Shown here piece by piece: positions 36,661-46,421 of a DNA stretch of 64,000 bases. The stretch is taken from assembly GCA_964431835.1 (NCBI GenBank), contig CAYSKO010000001.1, positions 42,131 through 106,130 of the forward strand, written 5' to 3'. The stretch is from an uncultured Planctomycetia bacterium. GTDB lineage: Bacteria > Omnitrophota > Gorgyraeia > 2-02-FULL-51-18. The translations under genes and the position numbers were made by a program. The notes beneath the pieces were generated by a model that had not been told where the DNA came from, did not search any database, and saw only the letters and a list, made by a program, of their open reading frames with translations. Each line of letters starts with the position of its first letter. The first letter of the stretch is position 1.

Positions 36661-37563
36661 TTGATCAAGCAACTCATTGGCGCCGTGTTCGTGTTTCTTG
36701 TAGGCAGCAGCACAATTTCTTGTGCAAATGAAGGCGCTTTGTCCGTAAAAGGGAAGATCGTATACAACTCAAAAACGGACGCTACAATGCCTGACCTATA
36801 TATCTTTGAAAAGGGAAAATCTCGTAGGATTGCTGAGGATGTTAATTATCCCAGGTTATCGCCGGATGGAAGTCTTGTCGCAGCTACTGAAAACAAGATG
36901 TCCATTGTCCTATACGATACAGCGGGAAAACGCTTAAAAACTATTAGCAGTCCCGGTATAATCGGTCTCCCGTTTTGGAGCCCTGATTGAAAAAAGCTGT
37001 ATTATTCGTGCTTAGCGCCGACTGAGAGATTTCAGTTTCTTCTTCGTGAATATAACTTCGAGGCAGATGCGGACGAAGTTCTTCTGGATTTGACGTCGCA
37101 GGGATTAGGGATAGTTTTCTTTGACGTAGACCGATCGGGACGCTTTTTCGTTGTTTCCGCATCGGATAGCCGTGATAGAAGCGCCGGAGGTGTATACGTC
37201 TATAATATGGAAACTAAAGATTTAAAAAAGATCCGAAAAGCGACGGCTTCTATGTGGTTTCCCGATGGTAAACACATCGCATATTTCACGAACACCGGCT
37301 ATGACGGAAAGCAGATCGACGACGTGGGAGTCATTTTCAAATACAACATTGAAACCGGCGAAGAGACCAGGCTGATGAGCGCGGAGTTTATGTCGTTTGG
37401 GACCGTAATTCAGATTTCGCCGGACGGCAAATATATCTATTCCGCCGCCGGCGGTGGGATTTTCATGCAGTCGATAGAAAACCCGACTGAGACCAAGTGG
37501 ATTATCCCTCGCACCGAAGGCCGCACGCTTTCGAATGCCCATTGGGTGGCTTATAAAGAGTAA
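36661..37563 (+). pseudogene. TolB-like beta-propeller (PD40-repeat) periplasmic protein interrupted by an in-frame TGA
   Basis: ORFs 36661-36990 and 37090-37563 are in the same frame. The reading frame is open across the gap. The TGA at 36988-36990 sits in 'FWSPD*KKLYYS', where PD40 repeats have 'SPDGK'. Compare 'FPDGKHIAYF' and 'SPDGKYIYS' later in the same protein. Confidence 0.6.
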
Positions 37564-37623
37564 TCCGGACACGTAATCCGGGGACACGTACTTAATTCGT
37601 CATGTCCGCTACCAAACGCACCA

Positions 37624-37665
37624 CAAAAAAAGCCACAGCGGTTAACGCCGCTGTGGCTTTTTTAT
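37624..37665. terminator. Bidirectional rho-independent terminator between convergent genes
   Basis: The stem is agccacagcgg / ccgctgtggct with loop ttaacg. An A-run lies 5' and a T-run lies 3'. Confidence 0.6.
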
Positions 37666-37689
37666 AACAGCCGTGCCTATGGACTTTTT

Positions 37690-40600
37690 TTACGTGGTAA
37701 CTTGGCCCAAAACGACGCGGATCTGATGGCTCATTTGGTCGTCCGCCAGGACGATACCTTCCAGGCGGCGCAGTGGCCGGCCGTCCATTTCCATGGACCG
37801 CACGCCTCGTGAAACGCGGTCCGGATTCTCGGTCTTGATCTGGTAGCGCGTCGATCCGTGCAGGAAAGACAGCTCAAACCCTTCCCACGATGCCGGAATG
37901 CACGGATCAAAGAAGAGGGTGTTCCCCCTCAGACGAAATCCAAGAATCGATTCGATACCCGCCCGGTACATCCAAGACGCTGAACCGGTGTACCACGTCC
38001 ATCCGCCCCGACCCGTATGCGTGGATCCGGCGTAGACGTCTCCCGCCATCACGTAGGGCTCGACCTTATAGCGCTCGATATCGATCCGTGTGCTCGCGTG
38101 ATTGATCGGATTGAGTAAAGAGAAGAGCTCTCCCGCCGAATTGCCGTCTCCCGATGCCGCGAAGGCAAGAAGGGCCCAGACGCCCGCGTGCGTGTACTGC
38201 CCGCCGTTTTCGCGGATGCCGGGCAGGTAGCCTTGGATGTAGCCGGGGCTAGGTTTCATTTTATCGAAGGGCGGCGTTAGGAGTAGGACCAAGCCATCCT
38301 TTTTGCGAACCAGATGTTCACGGAGGGAGGCCATGGACCGTGCGGCGCGTGCGGGATCCGCGGCACCCGACAAGACTCCCCAAGATTGGGCGATTGAATC
38401 GATCCGGCATTCCTCGTTGACGGCCGAGCCCAGAGGCGTGCCGTCGTCAAAAAAAGCGCGTCGATACCAGCCGCCGTCCCAGCCGTGGTGCTCGACCGCA
38501 GTCTTCAGATCTCCGGCGTGTAAGCGCCATTTTTCGGCGCGGGCATGTTCGTTCGTCGACTCGGCCACTTTTGAAAATTCGCGGAGGGTCGCGTGGAGAA
38601 ACCAAGCCAGCCAGACGCTTTCGCCTTTTCCTTCATGGCCCACACGGTTCATGCCGTCATTCCAGTCGCCGGTGCCCATGAGGGGCAGGCCATGGCTGCC
38701 TACGGCCAGGCTCCGGTCGAGTGCGCGGGCGCAGTGCTCAAAGAGCGTTGCGCATTCCGCCGAAACGAGGGGCTGAAAATAAGCGTCCTCTCTTCCTTCG
38801 GGAATCGTCTGGCCCTCGAGAAAGGCGACGGATTCTTTCAAGATGCCGCGATCGCCGGTGACCTCGATATATTGCATCACGACGTAAGCCAGCCAAACGA
38901 GATCGTCGGAGATCCGCGTACGCACGCCGCGGCCCGATGGCGGATGCCACCAATGCTGGACGTCGCCCTCGGGAAACTGCCGCGCCGCGGCGCGGAGAAT
39001 GTGTTCGCGGGCGATGTCCGGCCTCGACACCAGGAGCGCCATCACGTCTTGAAGCTGGTCGCGGAAGCCGTAAGCGCCTCCCGCCTGATAAAAACCGCAG
39101 CGCGCCCACACCCGGCAGGCCAGCGTCTGATAAAGCAGCCAGCGGTTCAGTAAGAGATCCATCGAGCGGTCCGGCGTCCGAACTTGCACCTTTTCCAAAA
39201 CACCGGCCCACTGTTCTTTCACTTCGGAAAGGACGGCGTCGATGTCCGCCGTGCGGTAGCGCCGGATGAGTTCACCTGTCGCGGCGCGGTCCGCTCCCTG
39301 GCCGAGAAGGAATACGATTTCGATCCGCGCGCCCGGCCGCAGATCGATCGTTTTTTGAAACGCCGCGCACGGATCGAGGCCCGGGCCGGATTTTCCGGAC
39401 AACCGCGCACCTTTGGCGATCGCGGCAGGCAGGTCGTAAGTGCCGTTGCGCCCCAGAAATTCGGAGCGGTCGGCGGTCCAGGCGGTCTGCTGTCCGCCCA
39501 AGTCGGCGAAGGCCACCCCTTGAGCGAACTCGGTGTTCCAGGGATTGCGTGCCAAGATCGCCCCAGTTTGGGCGTCTACCTCCGTAATGACGAACGGGGC
39601 GTTGGAGGCACGCGAGCTTCCCAGCACCCATTCGACGTAAGCGGTGACTGATAGCTTCCTCCGGCGGTCGGACTGGTTCGTGACGCTCAAGCGGGAAATC
39701 TTGACCGGGTCCGCCACGGGGACGAATTGCAAGAGCTCGAGCGCGATGCCGTGGGAAACGTGCTCGAAACGGCTGTATCCCTGGCCGTGACGCGAAACGT
39801 AGGGCCACGCTTCTTCGCGAATAGGCAGAACGGTCGGGGTCCAGAATTCGCCCGTCTCTTCATCGCGTACGTAAAAAATCTCTCCGGACGGGTCTGAGGC
39901 GGGGTCGTTGGACCAAGGCGTGAGCTGGTTTTCGCGGCTGTTGCCGGCCCAGGTATAACCGGAACCCGATTCTGAAACCTGAAAACCGAACCCGGGATTG
40001 GCGATTACGTTGATCCAGGGGGCGGGTGTCCACTGGCCTGTCCCCAAATGGGTGATGTACTCGCTGCCGTCGGACGAGAAACCTCCCAGCCCGTTAAAAA
40101 ACTGAAGCCGGGATAACTCGGCAGGCGTTTTGAGCGGTGGCGCGGCCTTCGCCTTACGGCGCAGCGGCGGGCGAAAATCAACAGGCTCTTCCAGGCGCGC
40201 GAGCTGCTGCATGAGCGAGCCGTTGCGGCTGTTCAGAATGACCCGTGCGGCCGTGCGCAAGAGAGTTTGCTCTTCAGCGGAAAGTATTTCGGCCCGTAGG
40301 ACGAAGATGCCGCCTTGCAGGTCCGCCGCATCGTGTTTGTGAATGGCTTGCGTGGACCGGACGAGATTTTCAAGGGACGCCTGCAGTTCCTGCGAATACG
40401 AATGCGCTTTTTCGTTCAGGATGACCAGATCCACCGCGAGATTTTTCATCCGCCAGTATTCGCGGGCGCGCAAAGCGTCCCGTACGATACCGGCATCCTC
40501 CGCTTCGTTGATGCGTACGAGCAGGATCGGGAGGTCGCCGGAAATTCCGTAGGGCCATAGTCCGGCGGGCCCGAGCGTATTTCGCGCGAGAATGTCCTGA

Positions 40601-43600
40601 GGGGAGCGGAGGCCGTCGTGGGAATAGATGATCCGGCCGGCCAGATCCTGGAAGAGGCGGGTCTCGCCCGGCTCGATCCCCAAGTAATGCTGCTGAATGC
40701 GTGCATGGGTCCACGCGAGAGCGACCGCGCGTTCGAACATGGCCGGATCGTGGTATTTGTCCGCCAGCCCCATGGTTTCCTCGCGCGAAGAAGTGATCAC
40801 GGTCGTGAAGGTCACACGGACGGTTTCGCCAGGCGCGACGCGGACGCGGCAGCGCAGGCTCACGATCGGATCGATGACGGCGCCGGCATTATCGGACAAA
40901 GGTTTGCCGTCGATCACGCACATGGGCGTGTGGATTCGCCGCCCCCGGCCCAGAAAACGGGTGCGGTTGGATTCATACTGAACCGCCCCTACAGAGTCTC
41001 CTTCGACGACTATGACATGGCCGGCCCATGGAGAGGATTCGTGCGGGGAACGCGGCCGCCGCGTGCAGAGCAAGCCGGTTACTTCCGGCACAAATTCGGT
41101 GTGAACGAAAAGGTTGGAAAATGCGGGGTGGGCGAGGTCCGCCATGTGGGGAGCGAGGACGATCTCGGCGTAGGACGTCACGTCGATCAGCCGGGGAGAG
41201 TCGCCGGTATTTTTCAAAGAGACGCGGCGAATCTCGGCGTCGTCTTCGGGAGACACGACCACTTCGAGCGTCGTCTCGATGCTCCCGTCACGGCGGGTGA
41301 TTTCCGCGCGGTCTTCGGAAAAGTTCGCTTTGTATTTTTCCGGCTCGGTGGTCGTGGGTTGATAGCCTGCGGACCAGACTTGGTCGGATTCGACGTCCCG
41401 CAGAAAAATATAGGTGCCGGTAGCGTCGCGCGTGGCGTCCTCTCTCCAGCGCGTGACGGCGATATCCCGCCAGCGGGAATACCCGGAGCCGGCGGCCGTG
41501 ATCATGACGCTGTAGCGACCGTTCGAAAGTAAATGCGTTCTCGGCACCCCTTCGTGGGGAGAATCAAACCGCCGCAGGACCAAAGGAGCCGCATCGCGGC
41601 CCTCGGCGGGGGATTCCTTGGGCCGCACCCGCACGACGGTGGCCGACCGGGGCACGCGTTCTTGAAGGAGGAGATTGCTCGCCTGCACACGGGGCTCGGC
41701 GTTAAAACGGACACGAAAAATACCGTCATACAGCGTGTTGGCCAGGGAGATCAGCGACATTCCTTGGTGGTGAGCCATATACGCCCTCACGACGGCCACG
41801 CTTTGGTTCTCCGGGAGCCGCGCCGCCGTAAAATCCAGTGATTCGTAAAAACCGAACCCTCCCTGACCGCCTATTTTTTCAAGATTCCTGAAATTTTTTG
41901 CGGCTTCCTTTGGCGCGATCATCGCCGCGAGCGCGGTCGCATAAGGCGCGACGACCAGATCTTCGGATAGTCCCTGCTTGAGTCCCAAGCCCGGAACGCC
42001 GAAATTGGAGTACTGATAGGTGTGATGGAGATTTTGGACGTTGTACGCGGATTCAGAAACTCCCCACGGAACGCCGCGCTCCGCGCCGTAGGCGATTTGC
42101 AGACGGACGATGCGGCGGCAGGTCTGGTCCAGAAGACTGTTGGCGGGAGACCGCATGACCAGGAGCGGCATGAGGTACTCAAACATCGATCCGGACCAGG
42201 AGACGAGCATGAGCGAGTGGTTCACCGAAATGATCGAGCGCGCCAGGCGGAACCAGTGCATGGCCGGCACGTCGCCTTTGGCGATTGCGACGAAGCTGGC
42301 GAGCCTCGCCTCGGAAGTCAGGAGATCGTAAAAACTCGCATCCAGCTTACGCTCGGCCACCTGGTAGCCGATCGAAAACATTTTTTTGGAGGGATCGTAC
42401 AAGAATCCGAATTCCATCTCCCGGACCAGCCGGTCACAAGATTTGGCCACGGTCCGGAGGCGGTTTGTGAGGGCCTTGGAATGCAGGTCCTTCTGATGGC
42501 TTCGGACCTGACGGAGCAGGAGTTCCGACCAGCTCAAGAGCTCGTCCTTTAATTTACCACTTTTTCCGCCGGACAGCACTTCGGCGATATCAATGAGCGT
42601 GACGGTGCGCGTCTCGATTTCGGCCAGTCGATCGGGCCACTCGGACGGCGAAGGAAGGGTATCCGTGAGACTGGTTTTCAGGGCGACAAGCGCTTCTTCG
42701 AGTTGAGCGCCCGTCACGGTCTCCGTGCGCCTACCGGCGCCGGCTCGGGAGGCGGCTTCCCGGATCAGGAAGAATGTGTCCTTGAACCCGTCGAAGATAT
42801 TGGTCCTTAGAAGCGGCGGATTCTCCATCTGCCGGCAGGCTTGAGCCAGGGTCCACAAGTGGCCCGCGAGATTTCCGCTGTCCACCGTGGATACGTAACG
42901 GGGTTCCAGCGGCCGCAGATCGTTGGTGCTATACCAGTTGAAGAGATGCCCGTGATGCTTCGCCATTTTTTTGATCGTGGCAAGCGTCGCCTCGAGTTTT
43001 TCGACGGTATCGGAAATCCCGATCCATCCGAAGTCGCGCGCGCTGACGACTGAAAGAAGGTACAGCCCGATGTTGGTGGGCGACGTGCGCTCGGCGACCA
43101 CGGGATCGGGAATTTCCTGAAAGTTGTCGGGCGGAAGGGATTGATGCGACTCGTCGACGAACGTTTCAAAAAACCGCCATGTTTTTCGTGCGATGACGCG
43201 AAGACGCCGGCGGTCTTGGGCGCTCAGCCTCTCGTCCTTGGCTTCGGAGAGGGGCAAGCTGATGGCCCACGCGATACGCGGAGAAAAGGCCCATAACGCC
43301 GCGAAGGGGAGGACCATCCAAAGCCGTTCTCCGGTCGCGCACGCGAACGGGAGCAGCGCTGCCGCTAGGGCAATCAAGGGAGCGCCGATCATCCGTTCAT
43401 AAAAAATAGCCGGCACGTAACCGCAGCGGCTTTTGGATTGGGCCGCAGTGGCCCATTCGAGTTTGTTGCGGCGGCTGATCGTGAGGCGGTAGAGGGTCCT
43501 CAGAATAGCATCCGTCATCATGACCGTCTGATGGGCGAGGAAGATCGCGGTGAAAAGAATGTAAGCGGCGGCCAAACGAAAATCTGTCCATACCGTGCCC

Positions 43601-46314
43601 AGATGGCGACGAAGGGGGATTTGCCTCCGCCGCGGCAGGATACCGCCCAGAAGCGGTTGCATGGGGACGAACGCGACGGCGCTCAGAAGAAAAACCATCC
43701 ATAACCCAGCGGGGGCGGACGGAACGCTCGAGGCCAGAAGCAGCGTCACGAGCAAAGCCGGCGCCGACAGGGAGCGCCGTAAATTGTCGATCATTTTCCA
43801 GCGACCGATCAAAGGAAGCGGGCGTCCTACTATCCAGGGAAGCAATTGCCAGTCCCCGCGCGTCCACCGGTGGGCGCGCGTGACAGCCATGTCGTAATGA
43901 GACGGAAATTCTTCGAAAAACTCGATGTCGGTGACTAGCCCCGCGCGCGCGTGAATGCCTTCTAGAAGGTCGTGGCTGAGCACGCTGTTTTCGGGAAAAC
44001 GTCCCGCGAGCGCGGTCTCGAAAGCGTCGAGATCGTAAATACCCTTGCCGGTGAAGGAGCCTTCGCCGAAAAGATCCTGGTAGACGTCGGAGACGGCGAA
44101 CGCGTAGGGGTCGATGCCGGCGGGCCCCGAGAAAACCCGCTGATAAATGGAACCGTTCCCGGTGACGGGCAGAGTGGGCGTGATCCGGGGTTGCATCACG
44201 CCGTAACCCTCGATGACGCGGCCGTTCTTTTCGTCGAAGCGGGGACGATTGAGCGGGTGGGCCATCGCGCCCACCAGCCGATAGGCGGTGCCATAAGACA
44301 TCCGGGTGTCGGCATCCAGCGTGATGATGTAACGGATTTTCTCCGGAAACGGAACGGGCTTCCCTGCGACGGGCATGAACGTCGTGTTGGCGCTTCCGCG
44401 CAAGAAGCGATTCAATTCGTGGAGTTTTCCGCGTTTGCGTTCCCAGCCCATCCACACGCCCTCTTTTTCATTCCAGACGCGTTGCCGATGAAAAAGATAA
44501 AAACGCGGCTGGTCCCCGGGGCCCGGTCCGTAGAGATTGTTCAGTCGGTCGACCCCTAGCCGCGCCGCGTCGAGAAGGTTTTCGTCGTCGGGGGCGCGTT
44601 CCACGGGGGCGTCGGTCCAGTCCGTCAAGAGGGCGAATTGCAGAAAGCCTTCCGAATGGTTTAGATAGTGAATTTCAAGATGCTCGAGATTTTCCTGGAT
44701 CGTGCGGAAGTCGATCAAGAGGACCGGCATGACGACAAGCGCCCGGCAATCGGCCGGGATTCCTTTGGAAAAATCCAGTTTCGGCAAAAGGCGGGGCCCC
44801 ACCCATTTCATCGCCAGACGGTTGACGACCGCTATCGCCACATCGGAAGCCGGAATAAAGGCGGCGATCGCGAAGAGGGCGACCGCTAGGACGCTCATTC
44901 CTTGTGCGTGGCCCAGGACGAGCGGAACAGCCAAAAGAACGGCCGTGGCGATCAAAATGGAGCTCACATAAGCAAGTGCGGTTCTAGAAGCGTAGGCGCG
45001 GACAAATCGGTTTTTGAATGAGATCCGGCAGCGGAGGCTCTTTTCGAAAAGGGGCCGGCCTCGGGAGATCAGGTAATAACCGATGTCTCCCTTATGCTCC
45101 AAGCTTCCCGGCCGTTTTCGCGCGGCCCGGGCGGTCTCGACCACGCGCTGCGTGACTTCGAGTTCGGAAAGTCCGGACCGTACGGCGAGTTTTTCTATGG
45201 AATGACGGTAAAGATCCCGGGTGGGGAAATCGACGGAGGCGAAACCGCTCTCGTCCCGCAAAGCCTCATCGACGACGGAGACATCTTCAAAGAATTGAGA
45301 CCAGTCCAGCGCGGACACCAAGCGCATGCTCGTGATGATGTTGCGCGCGGTCGTATTGAGAGCGGTCTGCTCCTGATGCTCCAAGCGGATGATGTCGTCG
45401 GCGACCGCGCCTTGGGTTCCCAGTCGCTCGTCCAGCCACTGCAGCACCGGCGCGATGCTCTCGCCCTGGTCTCGGAGGCGCAGCACGAGTTGGACGGCGA
45501 ACGATTTGTCGAGGGCCTCCTTTTCAAAAGGACGGAGAGCCTCCTCGAGGTCTGCGGCCGCGCGTCCCTTCAAGCCGAGCAGGGAATCTGCCAGCGTGTC
45601 CGCCTTGAGGCGCTCGGCTTTGCTATGAAGCACGTGGTCCACCAGGCGGCGCAGATTTTCGACGAGAACGATGCGCAGACTGATCGCCAGCGCCCATACT
45701 TCGCCGATCGTGAGCGGGTCGACGCGTTGATAAGCCAGTACGAAACGCCGCAGCCAATCGGGATCGAAACGGCTGTCCGTATGGGCGACAAAGCCCCACG
45801 CCACCCCGTAAACGCGGGGGGTCCCTTTGAGGAATCCGTCCGTGAGTTTGGGAAGTCCGCGGTAAAACTTGGGAGGAAGGTCGTCGTGGATCTCGAGGAT
45901 CTGCTCCTCGAGGACGTGAAAATTATCCACGAACCATTCGGCGGCGGGCGTGATCGATCGTTCGTCACGGACGTTTTGAGTGATCCGGCGATGGGCCGCG
46001 CTCAGTACGCGGCCGTTTTCTTTGACGCGCCCCAGAATCGCTCGGCCCTTCAAAGGCTTGCGAGTGACGCCCTGCGCCCGGGCGAGGCTGTCGGCGTGCT
46101 GTTCCAGTCTTTCGAGGCTGAAAAGCTCGGCTCGAATGAGTTCCGCGGGTTTATTGAGGGAAGATGGAAATAGAGGTTTCATCGGTGCGTTCGCAACATT
46201 ATAACACCGAAGCGCGGCCCGCACCGCAAGTCCTTTGCCTATAATCATTAAAGATGACATTTTTTTTGTGGAAAATTTGGGGGCTTTATAACAAATGTTA
46301 GCAATATTATACAT
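37690..46314 (-). CDS. ndvB: Cyclic beta-1,2-glucan synthase (NdvB/ChvB/Cgs-type; GT84 glycosyltransferase region + GH94 glycoside phosphorylase-like C-terminal region)
   Basis: It is a single uninterrupted 2874-aa ORF, which is the size of ChvB/NdvB. A TM cluster lies at aa about 430-480 and about 820-1000. The central glycosyltransferase region ('YITLDADTRMSYGTAYRLVGAMAHPLNRP') is DxD-like. The C-terminal GH94-like region is 'DGGWYRRAFFDDGTPLGS ... RYKVEPYVMAGDVYA'. Confidence 0.75.
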   Translation of the reverse strand: MYNIANICYKAPKFSTKKMSSLMIIGKGLAVRAALRCYNVANAPMKPLFPSSLNKPAELIRAELFSLERLEQHADSLARAQGVTRKPLKGRAILGRVKENGRVLSAAHRRITQNVRDERSITPAAEWFVDNFHVLEEQILEIHDDLPPKFYRGLPKLTDGFLKGTPRVYGVAWGFVAHTDSRFDPDWLRRFVLAYQRVDPLTIGEVWALAISLRIVLVENLRRLVDHVLHSKAERLKADTLADSLLGLKGRAAADLEEALRPFEKEALDKSFAVQLVLRLRDQGESIAPVLQWLDERLGTQGAVADDIIRLEHQEQTALNTTARNIITSMRLVSALDWSQFFEDVSVVDEALRDESGFASVDFPTRDLYRHSIEKLAVRSGLSELEVTQRVVETARAARKRPGSLEHKGDIGYYLISRGRPLFEKSLRCRISFKNRFVRAYASRTALAYVSSILIATAVLLAVPLVLGHAQGMSVLAVALFAIAAFIPASDVAIAVVNRLAMKWVGPRLLPKLDFSKGIPADCRALVVMPVLLIDFRTIQENLEHLEIHYLNHSEGFLQFALLTDWTDAPVERAPDDENLLDAARLGVDRLNNLYGPGPGDQPRFYLFHRQRVWNEKEGVWMGWERKRGKLHELNRFLRGSANTTFMPVAGKPVPFPEKIRYIITLDADTRMSYGTAYRLVGAMAHPLNRPRFDEKNGRVIEGYGVMQPRITPTLPVTGNGSIYQRVFSGPAGIDPYAFAVSDVYQDLFGEGSFTGKGIYDLDAFETALAGRFPENSVLSHDLLEGIHARAGLVTDIEFFEEFPSHYDMAVTRAHRWTRGDWQLLPWIVGRPLPLIGRWKMIDNLRRSLSAPALLVTLLLASSVPSAPAGLWMVFLLSAVAFVPMQPLLGGILPRRRQIPLRRHLGTVWTDFRLAAAYILFTAIFLAHQTVMMTDAILRTLYRLTISRRNKLEWATAAQSKSRCGYVPAIFYERMIGAPLIALAAALLPFACATGERLWMVLPFAALWAFSPRIAWAISLPLSEAKDERLSAQDRRRLRVIARKTWRFFETFVDESHQSLPPDNFQEIPDPVVAERTSPTNIGLYLLSVVSARDFGWIGISDTVEKLEATLATIKKMAKHHGHLFNWYSTNDLRPLEPRYVSTVDSGNLAGHLWTLAQACRQMENPPLLRTNIFDGFKDTFFLIREAASRAGAGRRTETVTGAQLEEALVALKTSLTDTLPSPSEWPDRLAEIETRTVTLIDIAEVLSGGKSGKLKDELLSWSELLLRQVRSHQKDLHSKALTNRLRTVAKSCDRLVREMEFGFLYDPSKKMFSIGYQVAERKLDASFYDLLTSEARLASFVAIAKGDVPAMHWFRLARSIISVNHSLMLVSWSGSMFEYLMPLLVMRSPANSLLDQTCRRIVRLQIAYGAERGVPWGVSESAYNVQNLHHTYQYSNFGVPGLGLKQGLSEDLVVAPYATALAAMIAPKEAAKNFRNLEKIGGQGGFGFYESLDFTAARLPENQSVAVVRAYMAHHQGMSLISLANTLYDGIFRVRFNAEPRVQASNLLLQERVPRSATVVRVRPKESPAEGRDAAPLVLRRFDSPHEGVPRTHLLSNGRYSVMITAAGSGYSRWRDIAVTRWREDATRDATGTYIFLRDVESDQVWSAGYQPTTTEPEKYKANFSEDRAEITRRDGSIETTLEVVVSPEDDAEIRRVSLKNTGDSPRLIDVTSYAEIVLAPHMADLAHPAFSNLFVHTEFVPEVTGLLCTRRPRSPHESSPWAGHVIVVEGDSVGAVQYESNRTRFLGRGRRIHTPMCVIDGKPLSDNAGAVIDPIVSLRCRVRVAPGETVRVTFTTVITSSREETMGLADKYHDPAMFERAVALAWTHARIQQHYLGIEPGETRLFQDLAGRIIYSHDGLRSPQDILARNTLGPAGLWPYGISGDLPILLVRINEAEDAGIVRDALRAREYWRMKNLAVDLVILNEKAHSYSQELQASLENLVRSTQAIHKHDAADLQGGIFVLRAEILSAEEQTLLRTAARVILNSRNGSLMQQLARLEEPVDFRPPLRRKAKAAPPLKTPAELSRLQFFNGLGGFSSDGSEYITHLGTGQWTPAPWINVIANPGFGFQVSESGSGYTWAGNSRENQLTPWSNDPASDPSGEIFYVRDEETGEFWTPTVLPIREEAWPYVSRHGQGYSRFEHVSHGIALELLQFVPVADPVKISRLSVTNQSDRRRKLSVTAYVEWVLGSSRASNAPFVITEVDAQTGAILARNPWNTEFAQGVAFADLGGQQTAWTADRSEFLGRNGTYDLPAAIAKGARLSGKSGPGLDPCAAFQKTIDLRPGARIEIVFLLGQGADRAATGELIRRYRTADIDAVLSEVKEQWAGVLEKVQVRTPDRSMDLLLNRWLLYQTLACRVWARCGFYQAGGAYGFRDQLQDVMALLVSRPDIAREHILRAAARQFPEGDVQHWWHPPSGRGVRTRISDDLVWLAYVVMQYIEVTGDRGILKESVAFLEGQTIPEGREDAYFQPLVSAECATLFEHCARALDRSLAVGSHGLPLMGTGDWNDGMNRVGHEGKGESVWLAWFLHATLREFSKVAESTNEHARAEKWRLHAGDLKTAVEHHGWDGGWYRRAFFDDGTPLGSAVNEECRIDSIAQSWGVLSGAADPARAARSMASLREHLVRKKDGLVLLLTPPFDKMKPSPGYIQGYLPGIRENGGQYTHAGVWALLAFAASGDGNSAGELFSLLNPINHASTRIDIERYKVEPYVMAGDVYAGSTHTGRGGWTWYTGSASWMYRAGIESILGFRLRGNTLFFDPCIPASWEGFELSFLHGSTRYQIKTENPDRVSRGVRSMEMDGRPLRRLEGIVLADDQMSHQIRVVLGQVTT

Positions 46315-46421
46315 TCACTCGTTTATTGAAAAAAAATGTTGAATAGAGGTATCTATTTAAGGGGGAGAGAGAGTAAAATAGCAGTTCACCCCTGCACTTA
46401 AACGAGAAAAAAAGGCACCGT

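Noticed and set aside
36422-36664. 80-aa plus-strand ORF overlapping the tRNA fragment and terminator hairpin
   Set aside because: It starts inside the tRNA-like remnant and runs through a strong hairpin. It has no RBS and is most likely non-coding.
36988-36990. Possibility that TGA is recoded (Gly or selenocysteine) genome-wide
   Set aside because: TGA functions as a bona fide stop in several tightly coupled gene junctions in this window (ATGA overlaps at 18857, 27442, 57887 and 60174). The organism is GC-rich, unlike known UGA=Gly lineages. A single-site mutation or error is more parsimonious.
38303-45628. Numerous 100-360 aa plus-strand ORFs (for example 40618-41532 and 45094-46173)
   Set aside because: All lie inside and antisense to the uninterrupted 2874-aa cyclic glucan synthase gene. 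Their compositions are typical of GC-rich shadow frames.
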